This document shows, in pieces, positions 48,285 through 58,863 of a DNA stretch of 64,000 nucleotides. The position numbers and the translations under genes were made by a program. A model generated the notes under the pieces. It saw only the letters and a list, made by a program, of their open reading frames with translations, did no database searches and was not told where the DNA came from. The DNA is taken from positions 1 to 64,000 of the forward strand of contig JBEKIG010000002.1 of NCBI GenBank assembly GCA_050011875.1, written 5' to 3'. The DNA comes from Nitrososphaeria archaeon. Lineage in GTDB: Archaea; Thermoproteota; Nitrososphaeria; JACIWG01. Positions within the stretch are counted from its first letter, which is position 1, and each line of letters opens with the position of its first letter.

Positions 48285-49253
48285 TCATTCTTTAAAGGGC
48301 AACATTGCCATAATAAGTGGAAATATGATTGTTGCGTCACCGCTTACAAAACATTGTTCTGCATTCGGTTTTATCTTTCCCCATGTTATTGCTTCCTTGG
48401 GTTTTGCACCACTTAGACTTCCATCAAATTCCTGTGCAGTAGATATGTAGACGACGTAGTCTAGACCGTCTTTGAATTGGTTCCACCAAATTGTGTGATG
48501 TTTGCTTATCCCCCCGCCTATCACGATTGCTCCACTGCTTTTGGCTTTAAATACAATGTCAGCAAGTTCGTTCTGATCTTTAAAGGGATTCAACGTAAAC
48601 TTATGTAGCCCAGAATAGCTGAACATTGCTGTGCCAAATGCGCCATCCAAAAAACCCGGTACAAAGATGGGGACGTTCTTTTTATAAGCGCTATACATAA
48701 AGGAATCATCATTTCCGATGTCCCTTGCGATTGATTCAATTACTTCTCTAACGCCGTAGGTGTTGCTTGAATCTAGCCTTGATAATGTATTGTAAACTAT
48801 GCGCTCGACAACTGGACCGTAATTTTCCATCGGGATGAAAACATTTCCAAGTCTATGGATATTCATTTGTTCAAGATATTTATCATCTATTTCAAAAGTC
48901 CCCCTAAAATAGCCATCTCCACATGTTCTAGCGATATCATGGTCTATAGCGCCGCAGGTTGTAATAATAACATCGACGAATCCATTATTTATCGCATCCT
49001 TTATCAAACCACGGAAGCCTGTTGAGACAAGATTGCCTGTAAAGGACAGAAACTTGATACATTTTCTATCTTTAATCATCCTACTAGCTATCTTCGTTGC
49101 GTTAGCGATATCCGCTGCAGAAAAACCCCAGATATTTTCATATAGTTCAACCAGAGATTTGATATCCTTCAGATCTTTAATTGAAGGATCTTTAATTAAC
49201 GGACCCAAAACCTTTTTTCTCTCCTTCAACATCATACTTCTCGACATTATCAT
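48285..49253 (-). CDS. dys: Deoxyhypusine synthase
   Basis: FTGNLVSTG.R, GGGISKHH, DGSLSGA.P.EA..WGK, DATI. Confidence 0.95.
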   Translation of the reverse strand: MIMSRSMMLKERKKVLGPLIKDPSIKDLKDIKSLVELYENIWGFSAADIANATKIASRMIKDRKCIKFLSFTGNLVSTGFRGLIKDAINNGFVDVIITTCGAIDHDIARTCGDGYFRGTFEIDDKYLEQMNIHRLGNVFIPMENYGPVVERIVYNTLSRLDSSNTYGVREVIESIARDIGNDDSFMYSAYKKNVPIFVPGFLDGAFGTAMFSYSGLHKFTLNPFKDQNELADIVFKAKSSGAIVIGGGISKHHTIWWNQFKDGLDYVVYISTAQEFDGSLSGAKPKEAITWGKIKPNAEQCFVSGDATIIFPLIMAMLPFKE

Positions 49254-49304
49254 TATCTTAATATTTTATAAACAATTATTTTTTCGTTAAGAAAAATCTT
49301 TTTG

Positions 49305-50357
49305 TCAAAAAACTACTGACAGGTATCTTTTTGCATTGCTAGCTATCTTTGACATCAAAAAATTCTTCGGCCAAGAATATCCTTTTGATTCCGAGAACAT
49401 GTCCTCAACAGAATTTAAATCTCTATTTCTTACATGTTTAAGTGAAGTTGACAGCAATTTTATTGTATCGTTGCTTGAATATTTGGAAGAACCGACTTTC
49501 AAGAACTCGTTAAGAGCCTGCCATTTAGAAACAAGTTTTGCTTTAGTTATCGCATCTTCCCCACTTTCTGATAAAGTAAGCAAATCGACATGCTTTTTTA
49601 GGTTTATACTACATACCTGTAAATATTTATTTACATTACTCGAGGCAATGTTTTCAGAGACTGTTTTAACAAGTTGGTCAAAAAAGGTTTCAGGTTTTTC
49701 AGTAGAAATTGTTGTAAAACTTTTTTCCTTCATGACAATTTTTTCTGGCCCAGAATTTATTGATGCCACTGTATCCATGCAATTACATAGTCCTTGCAAA
49801 CCATCCATTACTGTATATCCAAATTCACATGAGGTTTTAGACAGCCACGTTAAATTGATAACGTTCTGCAAGATGGTTTTCCCGCTCACTTCTGTAAGCG
49901 CTTGCTTAGTAATGAACTTCCCGCGTGCAAAAGCCATAATATACTCTCCTTTTTCGTTTTCAATTCTGTAGAACCCAAGCTCAGGCGATGATTTAGATGC
50001 AAAGATAGATTGTTCATCTAGTAGGTTCCTCATCAATTTTTCATCAAATAAATTTATGATTAAATTCTCAACTCTCGGAGGATAATATATGAACATCAAC
50101 TTTGCTGGATCAGATATACATGGTGTGATACTTTCGAAGCCAGTCTTGTATTCGACTAAATCATTATTTATTCCTTCATCCACAAGTTTATATATATCAT
50201 CTAAATTTTCTTTATTTTCATTGACAAGGAAGTGACATTCACTTGGATCCATTCTTCCCTTAAAAATGGCCATTGTTGCTAACCTGCATGTCATGTTGCC
50301 GCATAAACCGCAATTTTCTGCCGGCATCTTAACATTCAAGTCATGTATAAAATGCAT
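49305..50357 (-). CDS. Protein with N-terminal Fe-S domain
   Basis: P..NCG.CG..TC...A.......C motif. Confidence 0.7.
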   Translation of the reverse strand: MHFIHDLNVKMPAENCGLCGNMTCRLATMAIFKGRMDPSECHFLVNENKENLDDIYKLVDEGINNDLVEYKTGFESITPCISDPAKLMFIYYPPRVENLIINLFDEKLMRNLLDEQSIFASKSSPELGFYRIENEKGEYIMAFARGKFITKQALTEVSGKTILQNVINLTWLSKTSCEFGYTVMDGLQGLCNCMDTVASINSGPEKIVMKEKSFTTISTEKPETFFDQLVKTVSENIASSNVNKYLQVCSINLKKHVDLLTLSESGEDAITKAKLVSKWQALNEFLKVGSSKYSSNDTIKLLSTSLKHVRNRDLNSVEDMFSESKGYSWPKNFLMSKIASNAKRYLSVVF

Positions 50358-50777
50358 TTAAGACACCATGGTATCTACTATATCTTTTACCACCTTTGCG
50401 AATATCGTTATGTCTCTTTCCGTATTATAAAAATAGGTTGATACTTTAACAACCCCTTTTGCCTCTCCTAGAACTTTGTTCGTATTAACTTGAGCACACC
50501 GATGACCGCTCCTAACTTTAATATTGTTTGTAGAATCCAAGATCATAACTATTTCAGCAGAATCCATATTTTCGATATTAAAGGCAAAGATATTTGTATG
50601 ACACTCAATAGAAGGACCATAGATCTTTATTACATTAACATTCCCTAAAAGTTGATTAACTAACCTCATTAGGTTTCGATCATGTTGAAGAATATCGTTT
50701 AAACCGACTTTCTTAACGTATTCGAAAGCATCAGCCATCGCCATCACTTCGCAATGAGCAACAGTTCCAGCCTCAAA
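50358..50777 (-). pseudogene. C-terminal fragment of SufS-type cysteine desulfurase
   Basis: FEAGT and VRSGHRCA motifs, S.Y.YNT..DI; in-frame TAA just before FEAGT; the N-terminal ~260 aa including the PLP Lys are absent. Confidence 0.75.
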
Positions 50778-50842
50778 TTATTAAATTTTGTGTTTATCAT
50801 AGTTAAAATACTTATATCTGGGTTTTTGATAATGCATGCGAA

Positions 50843-51271
50843 GTGATAAATTTGGTATCAGAAGAATTAAAGAATATGCTCAACAATGCCATTGCCAGAG
50901 AACTTCAAGTTGCTATTCAGTACATGTGGCAACACGTTACATGGCGAGGTGTCAAGGCATATACATATAACGATAAATTGCAAAAGATAGCAATAGAAGA
51001 GATGAAGCATGCTGAGAAGATCGCTGAAAGGCTCTTTTATTTGGGCGGCACGCCGACTACAAAACCGGAGCCAATTAACGTTGGAGTGGTGATCAAGGAA
51101 CAAATAAAGCAAGATATTAAAGACGAAGAGAATGCCATATCAATGTACAAGGGCATAATTGAAAAAGCCAATTCAGAGAAAGATGTGACGACGGCTTTCA
51201 TATTTAAGGAAATATTAGAACAAGAAGAAGAACACCACGATTTCTTTACGACAGCTATTGAGGACCTCTAG
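50843..51271 (+). CDS. Ferritin-like/bacterioferritin-family protein
   Basis: E..A..QY...H, EEMKHAE.IAER...LGG.P, EE.H. Confidence 0.9.
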   Translation: MINLVSEELKNMLNNAIARELQVAIQYMWQHVTWRGVKAYTYNDKLQKIAIEEMKHAEKIAERLFYLGGTPTTKPEPINVGVVIKEQIKQDIKDEENAISMYKGIIEKANSEKDVTTAFIFKEILEQEEEHHDFFTTAIEDL

Positions 51272-51357
51272 CCTCCTCCCCTTTTTTATTGCCATCACAA
51301 TTTTTAAAATGTTTAGGTTAACTAACGTTTTTATGCATAGAAGGTATAACAATTAAT

Positions 51358-52878
51358 ATGCCTTTAAAGGTAAAAATACTTGATATTCTTTCTGGGAAAA
51401 GGGCTATCATTCTAAACAAGTCGGACGCTGATCATATTGGAGTAGAGCTGCTTGATCGAGTTAAAGTAGTTCATGAAAATAAAACCATTACTGCAATCGC
51501 GGAGATAAGCGAGGACCTAAAGCTTGTCCCTCGAGGGCAAATAGGGTTCTATAAAGAGATTGCCTCAGAGATAGGCGCATTAAATGGTGAACAAGCCGAT
51601 GTTTCTTTAGCGAAGACGCCTATGTCTGTAACTTACATTAGGAAGAAGGTTAAGGGAAAGACTCTTCTCCCCGAAGAAATAGAAAGTATCTTACAGGACA
51701 CAGTTGCATTGAACCTGAGTGAATTAGAGATAGCCGCCTTCCTGCTTGCCCAAGAATTTTATGGAATGAATATGGATGAGGTAGAAGCTTTGACTAAGGG
51801 TATGATAAAAACTGGCAACGTTCTTGAACTGCCAGGTAAGGTCGTCGACAAACATTCTATTGGAGGAGTACCTGGAAACAAGGTGTCTTTACTTATCGTA
51901 CCTATAATAGCTTCGACAGGATTATATATACCTAAAACGTCTTCAAGAGCAATAACAAGCCCTTCGGGAACAACTGATACAATGAGTGTTTTAGCTAACG
52001 TTGAATTTTCAATTGAAGAACTAAGAAAGATTGTCATGAAAGTTGGAGGATCAATTGTTTGGGGTGGTGCGTTAAATTTAGCGCCGACAGACGATATTTT
52101 CATTAGAGTTGAGCATCCGCTTAGCATAGATCCCAAATCACAAATGCTGGCGAGTATCATTTCAAAAAAGGCTGCGGAAGGTATTTCCTGCCTCGTTCTA
52201 GACCTGCCGACTGGAAAGGGAGCTAAAGTTGAAACAGCCGCACAGGCTAACTCTCTAGCGGCTGATTTTGTAGAGTTAGGTAAACGACTAGGCATAACGG
52301 TCAGGTGTGGAATAACATATGGCGGTCAACCTATAGGACGGGCTATAGGACCCGCGCTGGAAGCAAGTGAAGCACTTAACGCGCTGATAAACCCAGAAGA
52401 AGCATCAAAAAGTCTTGTAGGTAAATCAACAGCATTAGCTGGAATACTGCTAGAGCTTACGGGATTAGCTGAAAAGGGTCAGGGTGAAGGGATGGCAATG
52501 GAGATACTTAGAAACGGTAAAGCGTACAATAAATTTAAAGAAATAATTGAAGCACAGGGAGGAAATCCGAACATAAAGCCTGATATGATACCTATAGGAA
52601 AAAACTCATATCAGATAATTTCAGAAACCGATGGTTACGTTACTTATGTCGATAACCAAGTAATAAACGATGTCGCGCGTGCCGTCGGCGCTCCTATGGA
52701 AAAAGGTTCGGGAATTATACTTCACGCAAAACAAGGATACAAAGTTGAGAAAGGACAGGTTTTAATGGAAATCTTTGCCGAGAGAGCGACAAAGTTACAG
52801 GAGGCTCTTTCTATATGCAACTATGAAAAACCCATTTTAGTCGAAAGTATGTTGCTGTCAACTTATCCTGTTTACTAG
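51358..52878 (+). CDS. deoA: AMP phosphorylase (archaeal thymidine phosphorylase family)
   Basis: N-terminal extension, DKHSIGGVPGNK, PKTSSRAITSP.GT.D, QPIG..IGP.LEA. Confidence 0.92.
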   Translation: MPLKVKILDILSGKRAIILNKSDADHIGVELLDRVKVVHENKTITAIAEISEDLKLVPRGQIGFYKEIASEIGALNGEQADVSLAKTPMSVTYIRKKVKGKTLLPEEIESILQDTVALNLSELEIAAFLLAQEFYGMNMDEVEALTKGMIKTGNVLELPGKVVDKHSIGGVPGNKVSLLIVPIIASTGLYIPKTSSRAITSPSGTTDTMSVLANVEFSIEELRKIVMKVGGSIVWGGALNLAPTDDIFIRVEHPLSIDPKSQMLASIISKKAAEGISCLVLDLPTGKGAKVETAAQANSLAADFVELGKRLGITVRCGITYGGQPIGRAIGPALEASEALNALINPEEASKSLVGKSTALAGILLELTGLAEKGQGEGMAMEILRNGKAYNKFKEIIEAQGGNPNIKPDMIPIGKNSYQIISETDGYVTYVDNQVINDVARAVGAPMEKGSGIILHAKQGYKVEKGQVLMEIFAERATKLQEALSICNYEKPILVESMLLSTYPVY

Positions 52879-52938
52879 GAATTAACTAATACTTTAAAAG
52901 TTATAAGGTTGACAGAGAGAGCGTCGAGGTTGATCTAA

Positions 52939-53445
52939 ATGTCATCGATGGAAAGCTTTCTCGAAGCTATATACAACAAGTATAACAAGAATCCTCAAGG
53001 TTGGAATGTCATAGTCAGCAAAGACGAGAAAGGTTACCCCACAGTTCTATTTTTCTCAGAAGACGAAGTTTGGGAGCTAAAGATGGATAGCATGTACAAA
53101 CCTAATCCAATATGGGTGGGAAAAAGTTTTAAAAATGAAGAAAAAAACAGAAAGCTAGAAAACCCAAGCTATGGATTCAGGGGCTTAGAGAACGATCAAG
53201 CCAGTCGCTTGCTTAAAGCTATGGCTAGAGAGGATGCAGCAAAGGAAATAATAAGGAGCGTCCTAGAAAATGAACCAAAACCTTTAGAAGAAATAAAAGA
53301 TAGAAAAATGGTATTGCATGGGCCAATTATCAATTCACCAAAAATACCCGTCATTTCGCAACAGCAAGTAGATCTTGATATAAAGTTGAGAATTGAACTG
53401 CAAAAGCTTCTGTTAAATAGAGGAATTGGTTCCATGTACGGCTAA
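52939..53445 (+). CDS. Hypothetical archaeal protein
   Basis: Open 168-aa frame, GAGGT SD-like site upstream. Confidence 0.65.
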   Translation: MSSMESFLEAIYNKYNKNPQGWNVIVSKDEKGYPTVLFFSEDEVWELKMDSMYKPNPIWVGKSFKNEEKNRKLENPSYGFRGLENDQASRLLKAMAREDAAKEIIRSVLENEPKPLEEIKDRKMVLHGPIINSPKIPVISQQQVDLDIKLRIELQKLLLNRGIGSMYG

Positions 53446-53450
53446 TTATT

Positions 53451-54071
53451 GTGTTCTACATGGAAACTACTCACAGGAAGCCAATTTGGACATATATCAT
53501 TATTGCTACATGCGTTGCCATATTCATTATCCAACAAATAACACCTTACAGCTCATGGGCAACATTAGAATTTTGGCCTGCTTATGCATATGTTTTCCCC
53601 TGGTCTTTTATTACAGCCATTTTTCTTCACGCGAGCATAGAACAGTTAGTTTTTAACATGATAGCAGTATTGTTTTTTGGTTACACACTAGAAAATATGC
53701 TTGGAGGGAAAATATTTTTAATAATATTCTTTCTTTCAGGAATAATTGGAAATGTCGGGTACCTACTTACTTCTATTACAGGATTAACTAATTTGTACAC
53801 ACCAGCTATCGGAGCATCAGGGGCAATATATGGCATAATTGGCACTCTTGTCGTCCTTATTCCTTTAAGAAGCGTTTACTTATACGGCCTTTTTACGATA
53901 CCGTTTGTATTCGTTGTAGCATTTTGGTTGCTGTTGGACATAATCGGACTCTTTGCACCTTCAGGAATAGCTGAAGGGGCGCACTTAGGTGGAATTGTTT
54001 TTGGAGCCATCTGTGGCTTCTATATAAGAAAAAGAATGCCCACTACTAGATATTCATACACTATAGTGTAG
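53451..54071 (+). CDS. Rhomboid intramembrane serine protease
   Basis: FLH....L.FNM, GASGAIYG, AHLGG. Confidence 0.92.
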   Translation: MFYMETTHRKPIWTYIIIATCVAIFIIQQITPYSSWATLEFWPAYAYVFPWSFITAIFLHASIEQLVFNMIAVLFFGYTLENMLGGKIFLIIFFLSGIIGNVGYLLTSITGLTNLYTPAIGASGAIYGIIGTLVVLIPLRSVYLYGLFTIPFVFVVAFWLLLDIIGLFAPSGIAEGAHLGGIVFGAICGFYIRKRMPTTRYSYTIV

Positions 54072-54680
54072 AGCTTCCCAACTCGCCTGAAGAGATTTTT
54101 TCAATAAGCCTTCTATCGGTGGAATACCTATTGCAATAACCTTATTTTGCATACTTCCATTTCGAATCATTATCGAACCACTCGCATTGGGAACGACCAC
54201 TCCCCAAGAATTAATTTCATCTTCTAAACCCAGTTGCTTTGAAAGTATGACCCTTATAGGGTCGTAGTGTGAAACCATAACGATGATTTCTCTACACCTC
54301 TCTTGTAGAAAATCGTTAGTACGCCTGCTAATTTCATCCCATGATTCAACTCCTTCATACACGCCTTCCACGAGTAATGTTTTCCAATTAATTGAGTCAA
54401 CCTTTTTGTTGTTTAAGCGACCAAATGATCTCTCTCTGATTCTGTCATCAATCACTACATTGCATTCTAGTTTTGAAGCTATGATGTCAGCCGTTTCCCT
54501 AGCTCTAAGGATAGGGCTCGAATAAATCTCCCCTAATCTTAGACCCACCAGTTCTTCACCTATCACTGAGGCTTGAGCTCTGCCTTTCTCTGTTAGTGGA
54601 TAAGACCCATGGTCGTGACTTATTATACGCTGGACATTGGATGTACTTTCACCATGTCTTATCATTACCAAAACAGACAT
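54054..54680 (-). CDS. Histidine phosphatase (phosphoglycerate mutase family)
   Basis: RHGES, LT..G..QA, SSP..RA.ETA, VSH. Confidence 0.9.
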   Translation of the reverse strand: MSVLVMIRHGESTSNVQRIISHDHGSYPLTEKGRAQASVIGEELVGLRLGEIYSSPILRARETADIIASKLECNVVIDDRIRERSFGRLNNKKVDSINWKTLLVEGVYEGVESWDEISRRTNDFLQERCREIIVMVSHYDPIRVILSKQLGLEDEINSWGVVVPNASGSIMIRNGSMQNKVIAIGIPPIEGLLKKSLQASWEALHYSV

Positions 54681-54701
54681 TAAGCTATCACTTCTTTTAA
54701 C

Positions 54702-55277
54702 TCACACTAAGAAGAATCCGACCAGAACCGTAGCAAATGGGACGGAAATGTTATCGTCCAACCAGGGCTGGTACTCGGCTAAAGTCGCAACTGTTGCAAG
54801 TAGTATTCCCTTTAAACCTAAAAATAGGTATCCTATTAGGGTACATGTTAAAACCATCGCCAGTGTTCCAGTCCAATGCTTACCCCTTTTCTTAAGAAAC
54901 CTTGATCGTACTATGCCGGTTATGGAGTCGCCTACTGCCATAAAAAGCATTGCTGTACCAGCCAAAATTCTGGTGGTTGGTGGCCAAAGGAGTAAGCCTA
55001 ACACCGCGAAGCTAAAACAAAAAAAGACCTCGCCGAAATTGTTCTTCTCTTGGAACCATTTAAGCTCCATTGATCTAAAGTGTGGAACCGTCAAGAAAAG
55101 GGCAAAAAGTGTGCCAAACAAAGAAAAGACGTATGGTTCCTTAAATAGATACATGTAAGACAATACAGCAGGTGTTACTGAAAGGTGTATTAACTTTCTG
55201 TTCACCCAAATGTTTTTGAACCTTCTCGTCAAAATGACGGTTGATAGAATCAGGATAAAAAGTAGAACAGCCATCAA
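54702..55277 (-). CDS. Phytol/dolichol kinase-like membrane protein
   Basis: RKLIH, MA.GD..TG, K...GT, DDN..VP. Confidence 0.8.
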   Translation of the reverse strand: MMAVLLFILILSTVILTRRFKNIWVNRKLIHLSVTPAVLSYMYLFKEPYVFSLFGTLFALFLTVPHFRSMELKWFQEKNNFGEVFFCFSFAVLGLLLWPPTTRILAGTAMLFMAVGDSITGIVRSRFLKKRGKHWTGTLAMVLTCTLIGYLFLGLKGILLATVATLAEYQPWLDDNISVPFATVLVGFFLV

Positions 55278-55447
55278 GGAGTCTGTAAAGAACTACATAA
55301 AAATTTCATTCATACTTGGTAATCTAAAAATTTTCTTTATAATGTTTGCTAAAAAAAGTCATAGGGAAAGATTTACATATAATGCGTAGATAAAAGGTGC
55401 TCTTTATAAGAAGACTTAATAACCCTTAAATCCAAGTTGCGAATTAT

Positions 55448-56023
55448 ATGAATAGTGATTCGATAGAAAAAATTGTTTATTTTGAGAGTGCTGGGGAATG
55501 GACAGGAAAAGTTTTTGAGGTTTCAAAGGAGTATGCCGAAAAATCGGGCATAAAGGATGTTGTTGTCGCTTCAACCAAAGGAGAAACGGGAGCAAAGGCA
55601 TCTGCTTTTTTCAAGGGGTACAACCTAGTAGTGGTAACTCATGCAAACGGTCATAAAGAGCTCGGTAAAAATGAACTCACCGAAAAAAATAGGAAAATTA
55701 TTGAAAGAAATGGCGGTAAGATCCTGACAGCAACTCATGCATTAAGTGGTACGGAAAAGGCTTTTAAAAAGAAACTTGGCACAGTTGGCACTCTAGAGAT
55801 TATGGCGAGTACTCTTAGGACCTTTGGACAAGGTGTCAAGGTTTGTCTAGAAATAGCAGTGATGGCAGCAGACGCAGGACTTATCCCTGTTGACAGAGAC
55901 GTAATATGTATTGGCGGCACAGGGAAAGCGGCTGACACAGCTTTATTGATTAAGGCCGCGAATTCAGGTGATTTCTTTGATCTAAAGGTAAGGAAGGTTC
56001 TTTGCAAGCCTTCGGACTTTTAA
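55448..56023 (+). CDS. Pyruvate kinase C-terminal-like domain protein
   Basis: VVAST.GETG, VVTH..G, THALSG.E, GQG.KVC.EI..MAADAG. Confidence 0.85.
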   Translation: MNSDSIEKIVYFESAGEWTGKVFEVSKEYAEKSGIKDVVVASTKGETGAKASAFFKGYNLVVVTHANGHKELGKNELTEKNRKIIERNGGKILTATHALSGTEKAFKKKLGTVGTLEIMASTLRTFGQGVKVCLEIAVMAADAGLIPVDRDVICIGGTGKAADTALLIKAANSGDFFDLKVRKVLCKPSDF

Positions 56024-56070
56024 AAAAGACTTATTTTTGATAGATATTTACCTACGACGATGAATAGAAG

Positions 56071-56868
56071 ATGTTTAAAGGGGTCCATGGCGTATTTTTG
56101 GATCTAGATGGATGCATGTATAGAGGTAAAACGCTTGTTCCGAACGCTGACAAGACGGTTGCATTATTAAAAGAACGAGGGTATAAGATACTTTATGTGA
56201 CAAATAACGCTTCTAGGACGCAAAGGGAATATGTAGATCACTTCAGGAGAATGGGTTTACCTACGGAAGAAAAAGAGTTTTACACATCAGCTATGGCTAC
56301 ATCTTCCTATCTGACAAAGATGTACGGATCAGGACGGCGTGTATTTGTTGTAGGCACAGAGTCTTTGAAGAGTGAATTAAGAGAGAAAAATTTTGTTATA
56401 GTGAACGAAGATGATGCTAAAAAAGCCGAATTTGTTGTTCTTTGCCTAGACTTGGATACAACTTACAAACGATTAACAGCAGCCTGTTATGCGTTACAGA
56501 ATGGAGCGAAGTTCATTGCGACAAATCTAGATATGGTTCTGCCGGTTGAAGACGGATATTGGCCAGGTGCTGGAGCGATTTCAGCAGCAATCACTGCGGC
56601 TACAAAAGTTAAACCTTTCTTGATAGGAAAACCTTCAAAAATACTAATCCAAATGGCACTAAAATACTGTGGATTAAACAAAAACGAAGTCCTTATCGTT
56701 GGTGACAAGTTTGAGACAGATATCAGGGTCGCGAACAGGCTCAAAATGAAGTCAGTACTTGTTCTAACAGGTGTGACTAAAATGGAGCAGCTTGAAAGGA
56801 TACCGAAGAGGCTTCACCCAAGTGTAATCTTAGATAGTGTTAACGATCTTCCTAAGGTTCTTCCTTGA
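56071..56868 (+). CDS. HAD-IIA hydrolase (NagD-like)
   Basis: DLDG, TNNA, GKPS, VGD..ETDI, LVLTGV. Confidence 0.92.
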   Translation: MFKGVHGVFLDLDGCMYRGKTLVPNADKTVALLKERGYKILYVTNNASRTQREYVDHFRRMGLPTEEKEFYTSAMATSSYLTKMYGSGRRVFVVGTESLKSELREKNFVIVNEDDAKKAEFVVLCLDLDTTYKRLTAACYALQNGAKFIATNLDMVLPVEDGYWPGAGAISAAITAATKVKPFLIGKPSKILIQMALKYCGLNKNEVLIVGDKFETDIRVANRLKMKSVLVLTGVTKMEQLERIPKRLHPSVILDSVNDLPKVLP

Positions 56869-56954
56869 CTAAAGATTTATCGATTGGGCGAGACATATGT
56901 CTCCTACGGTAACTCCTGATAAAATAAATAAATTAGAAAAGCGCTAGACCCGAT

Positions 56955-57449
56955 TTACAAGCTTATTCTAACCTTATTTTCTAGGTCACTGTTGAATATA
57001 TCTTTTTTTGCAGTATTTTTTCTAGAAATAATCAAGAAAGTAGCTTGTTCTGTTAATGGAATAGGAGGCACATGCCATGTTCCTTTATGCATCATTATAG
57101 CTTTTGTTCCGTCAAATATGAATGCCTCCAACTTGTTCATTTCTGGTTTTGCTTTTGGATCTCCTAACCTATTTGGTGGCGCAAAAGGAAAGATGCTATA
57201 CCCTTCAAGTGGAATAAATATTTCTGACGTCTTTACATGCCGCTCCATGCTGGTGAACTCAAAAGGCTTCCTCTTACATAGAAGAAAACTTGCCGCTCTT
57301 TCTTCAATTGGAAGATGAACGACTTCATCCCAGTAATCTAGTGCAGGTGTTGATGCACTCGGTTTTATTTTTGGTAAGCTGATAATTGTCCCAAATGGGC
57401 TGAATCCTTTATCTGTTAATAATTTTGCTTTAACTTCCACGTATTCCAT
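56955..57449 (-). CDS. allA: Ureidoglycolate lyase-like cupin
   Basis: LT...F.PFG, MERH..TSE.FIPL, G.WH. Confidence 0.75.
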   Translation of the reverse strand: MEYVEVKAKLLTDKGFSPFGTIISLPKIKPSASTPALDYWDEVVHLPIEERAASFLLCKRKPFEFTSMERHVKTSEIFIPLEGYSIFPFAPPNRLGDPKAKPEMNKLEAFIFDGTKAIMMHKGTWHVPPIPLTEQATFLIISRKNTAKKDIFNSDLENKVRISL

Positions 57450-57565
57450 ACCATCGTTATAATATTCACTACAATGATTAATAATGATTTTTCTTAAACG
57501 AGGACTTTTTTTTCATAATGTCTTCTAATATTTTTAATATCTATTTTCATTGAATATTGTTTTAA

Positions 57566-58273
57566 CTAATAGCCTTGAAAGCTTTCTTTTTTAATTTTCG
57601 TGGAATCTACGTTCAATTTTAAAAGCAGATCTTCCATTGCATTCACCATTATAGATGGGCCACATATGTAAAATACCCTATTTAGGTAATCTGGGACTTC
57701 TTTATTAACCATTTCACCAGTTATTACACCTTTATAACCGACCCATTTTTCTTTAGGTTCATCTAGAGTTAAGATAACCTTCAAATTCGGGTTCTTCTGT
57801 TGCATTTCTCCTAGTTCTTCTCTGAAAGCTATATCAGCTTCTGTATGGTTACCGTAGATAAGCGTGATTTTGGTTGCAAGTTTAAGATCTGAGCAGTATC
57901 TACATATGCTTCTCAGAGGTGTAATTCCAATCCCCCCTGACAGTAAAACTATGCCATCATACTGACCTTCGAAAATGAAATTTCCGTATGGCGCATCTAT
58001 TTTAACCCTGTCGCCAACCTCAAGAGATTCTAAAGCGTTCGAGAATTCGTGCCCCGTTAATTTCTTCGTGAACTCTATAAATTCCTTTTCAGTTGGACTA
58101 CTTGAGATCGAAAAAGGCTTTTTAGCTTCTTCCCCTTTAATGTTTAATGTTAAAAACATAAACTGACCAGCCTTATAATTAAAAGACTGAGACCTGTTAA
58201 ACCTAAAACTTTTAACATTATATGTTCTTTTAATGATTTGTTTAACTTCTGTTTCAAACATCATTATATTCAT
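57566..58273 (-). CDS. FAD/NAD(P)-binding ferredoxin-reductase-type oxidoreductase
   Basis: Y.AGQF, PFSISSSP, P.G.F, GGIGITP, YICGP..MV, E.F. Confidence 0.9.
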   Translation of the reverse strand: MNIMMFETEVKQIIKRTYNVKSFRFNRSQSFNYKAGQFMFLTLNIKGEEAKKPFSISSSPTEKEFIEFTKKLTGHEFSNALESLEVGDRVKIDAPYGNFIFEGQYDGIVLLSGGIGITPLRSICRYCSDLKLATKITLIYGNHTEADIAFREELGEMQQKNPNLKVILTLDEPKEKWVGYKGVITGEMVNKEVPDYLNRVFYICGPSIMVNAMEDLLLKLNVDSTKIKKESFQGY

Positions 58274-58371
58274 GCCCCTTATTTTACTATTTTAATATAG
58301 TTTCTGGTAGTCTGTAAACAATTTTTTGAATTATGAAGAATTTATAAGTCTCTATCTAGTAGTATTATAAC

Positions 58372-58737
58372 ATGGTTGTTTTGCAACCTAAACGTTTAAG
58401 GTACGGCGAATACGCTTTCTTTTTGATTATAGCAGTTCTAGGCCTGTCTGGAGTCCTTTATTTCGGAGGCGTAACAAAGTATGGTATCAAACTCTATGTG
58501 AGCTTATTACTAGCATCTTTAGGCGTCTATACCCTCGCCTTTGTTTTCTATTATTTGAAATTTATTCGTAGTTACGTAAGAAACTATATGTTCCTTTGGG
58601 GTTATATATTAGCTTCAATAGGGTTCGCGCTGTTCTTAGATTTACTGAATCATAATCTATTTCTAAACATTAGCATAACTGTATTAATAGGCGCCCTACT
58701 TGGATTTGCCAGTGTAAGATATGCTGGAAGGCAATGA
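58372..58737 (+). CDS. Four-TM hypothetical membrane protein
   Basis: Four hydrophobic segments. Confidence 0.6.
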   Translation: MVVLQPKRLRYGEYAFFLIIAVLGLSGVLYFGGVTKYGIKLYVSLLLASLGVYTLAFVFYYLKFIRSYVRNYMFLWGYILASIGFALFLDLLNHNLFLNISITVLIGALLGFASVRYAGRQ

Positions 58738-58863
58738 CTAATCAAATAATAATTAGATAATAGGCAATGTTGGTCGAACTACTGCTACGTTATTGGAATA
58801 TTTTCTATTTTATTAATATTTTCTTTATAAGTATGCTATTTATATTTCTAAGTTAGGATAAAA

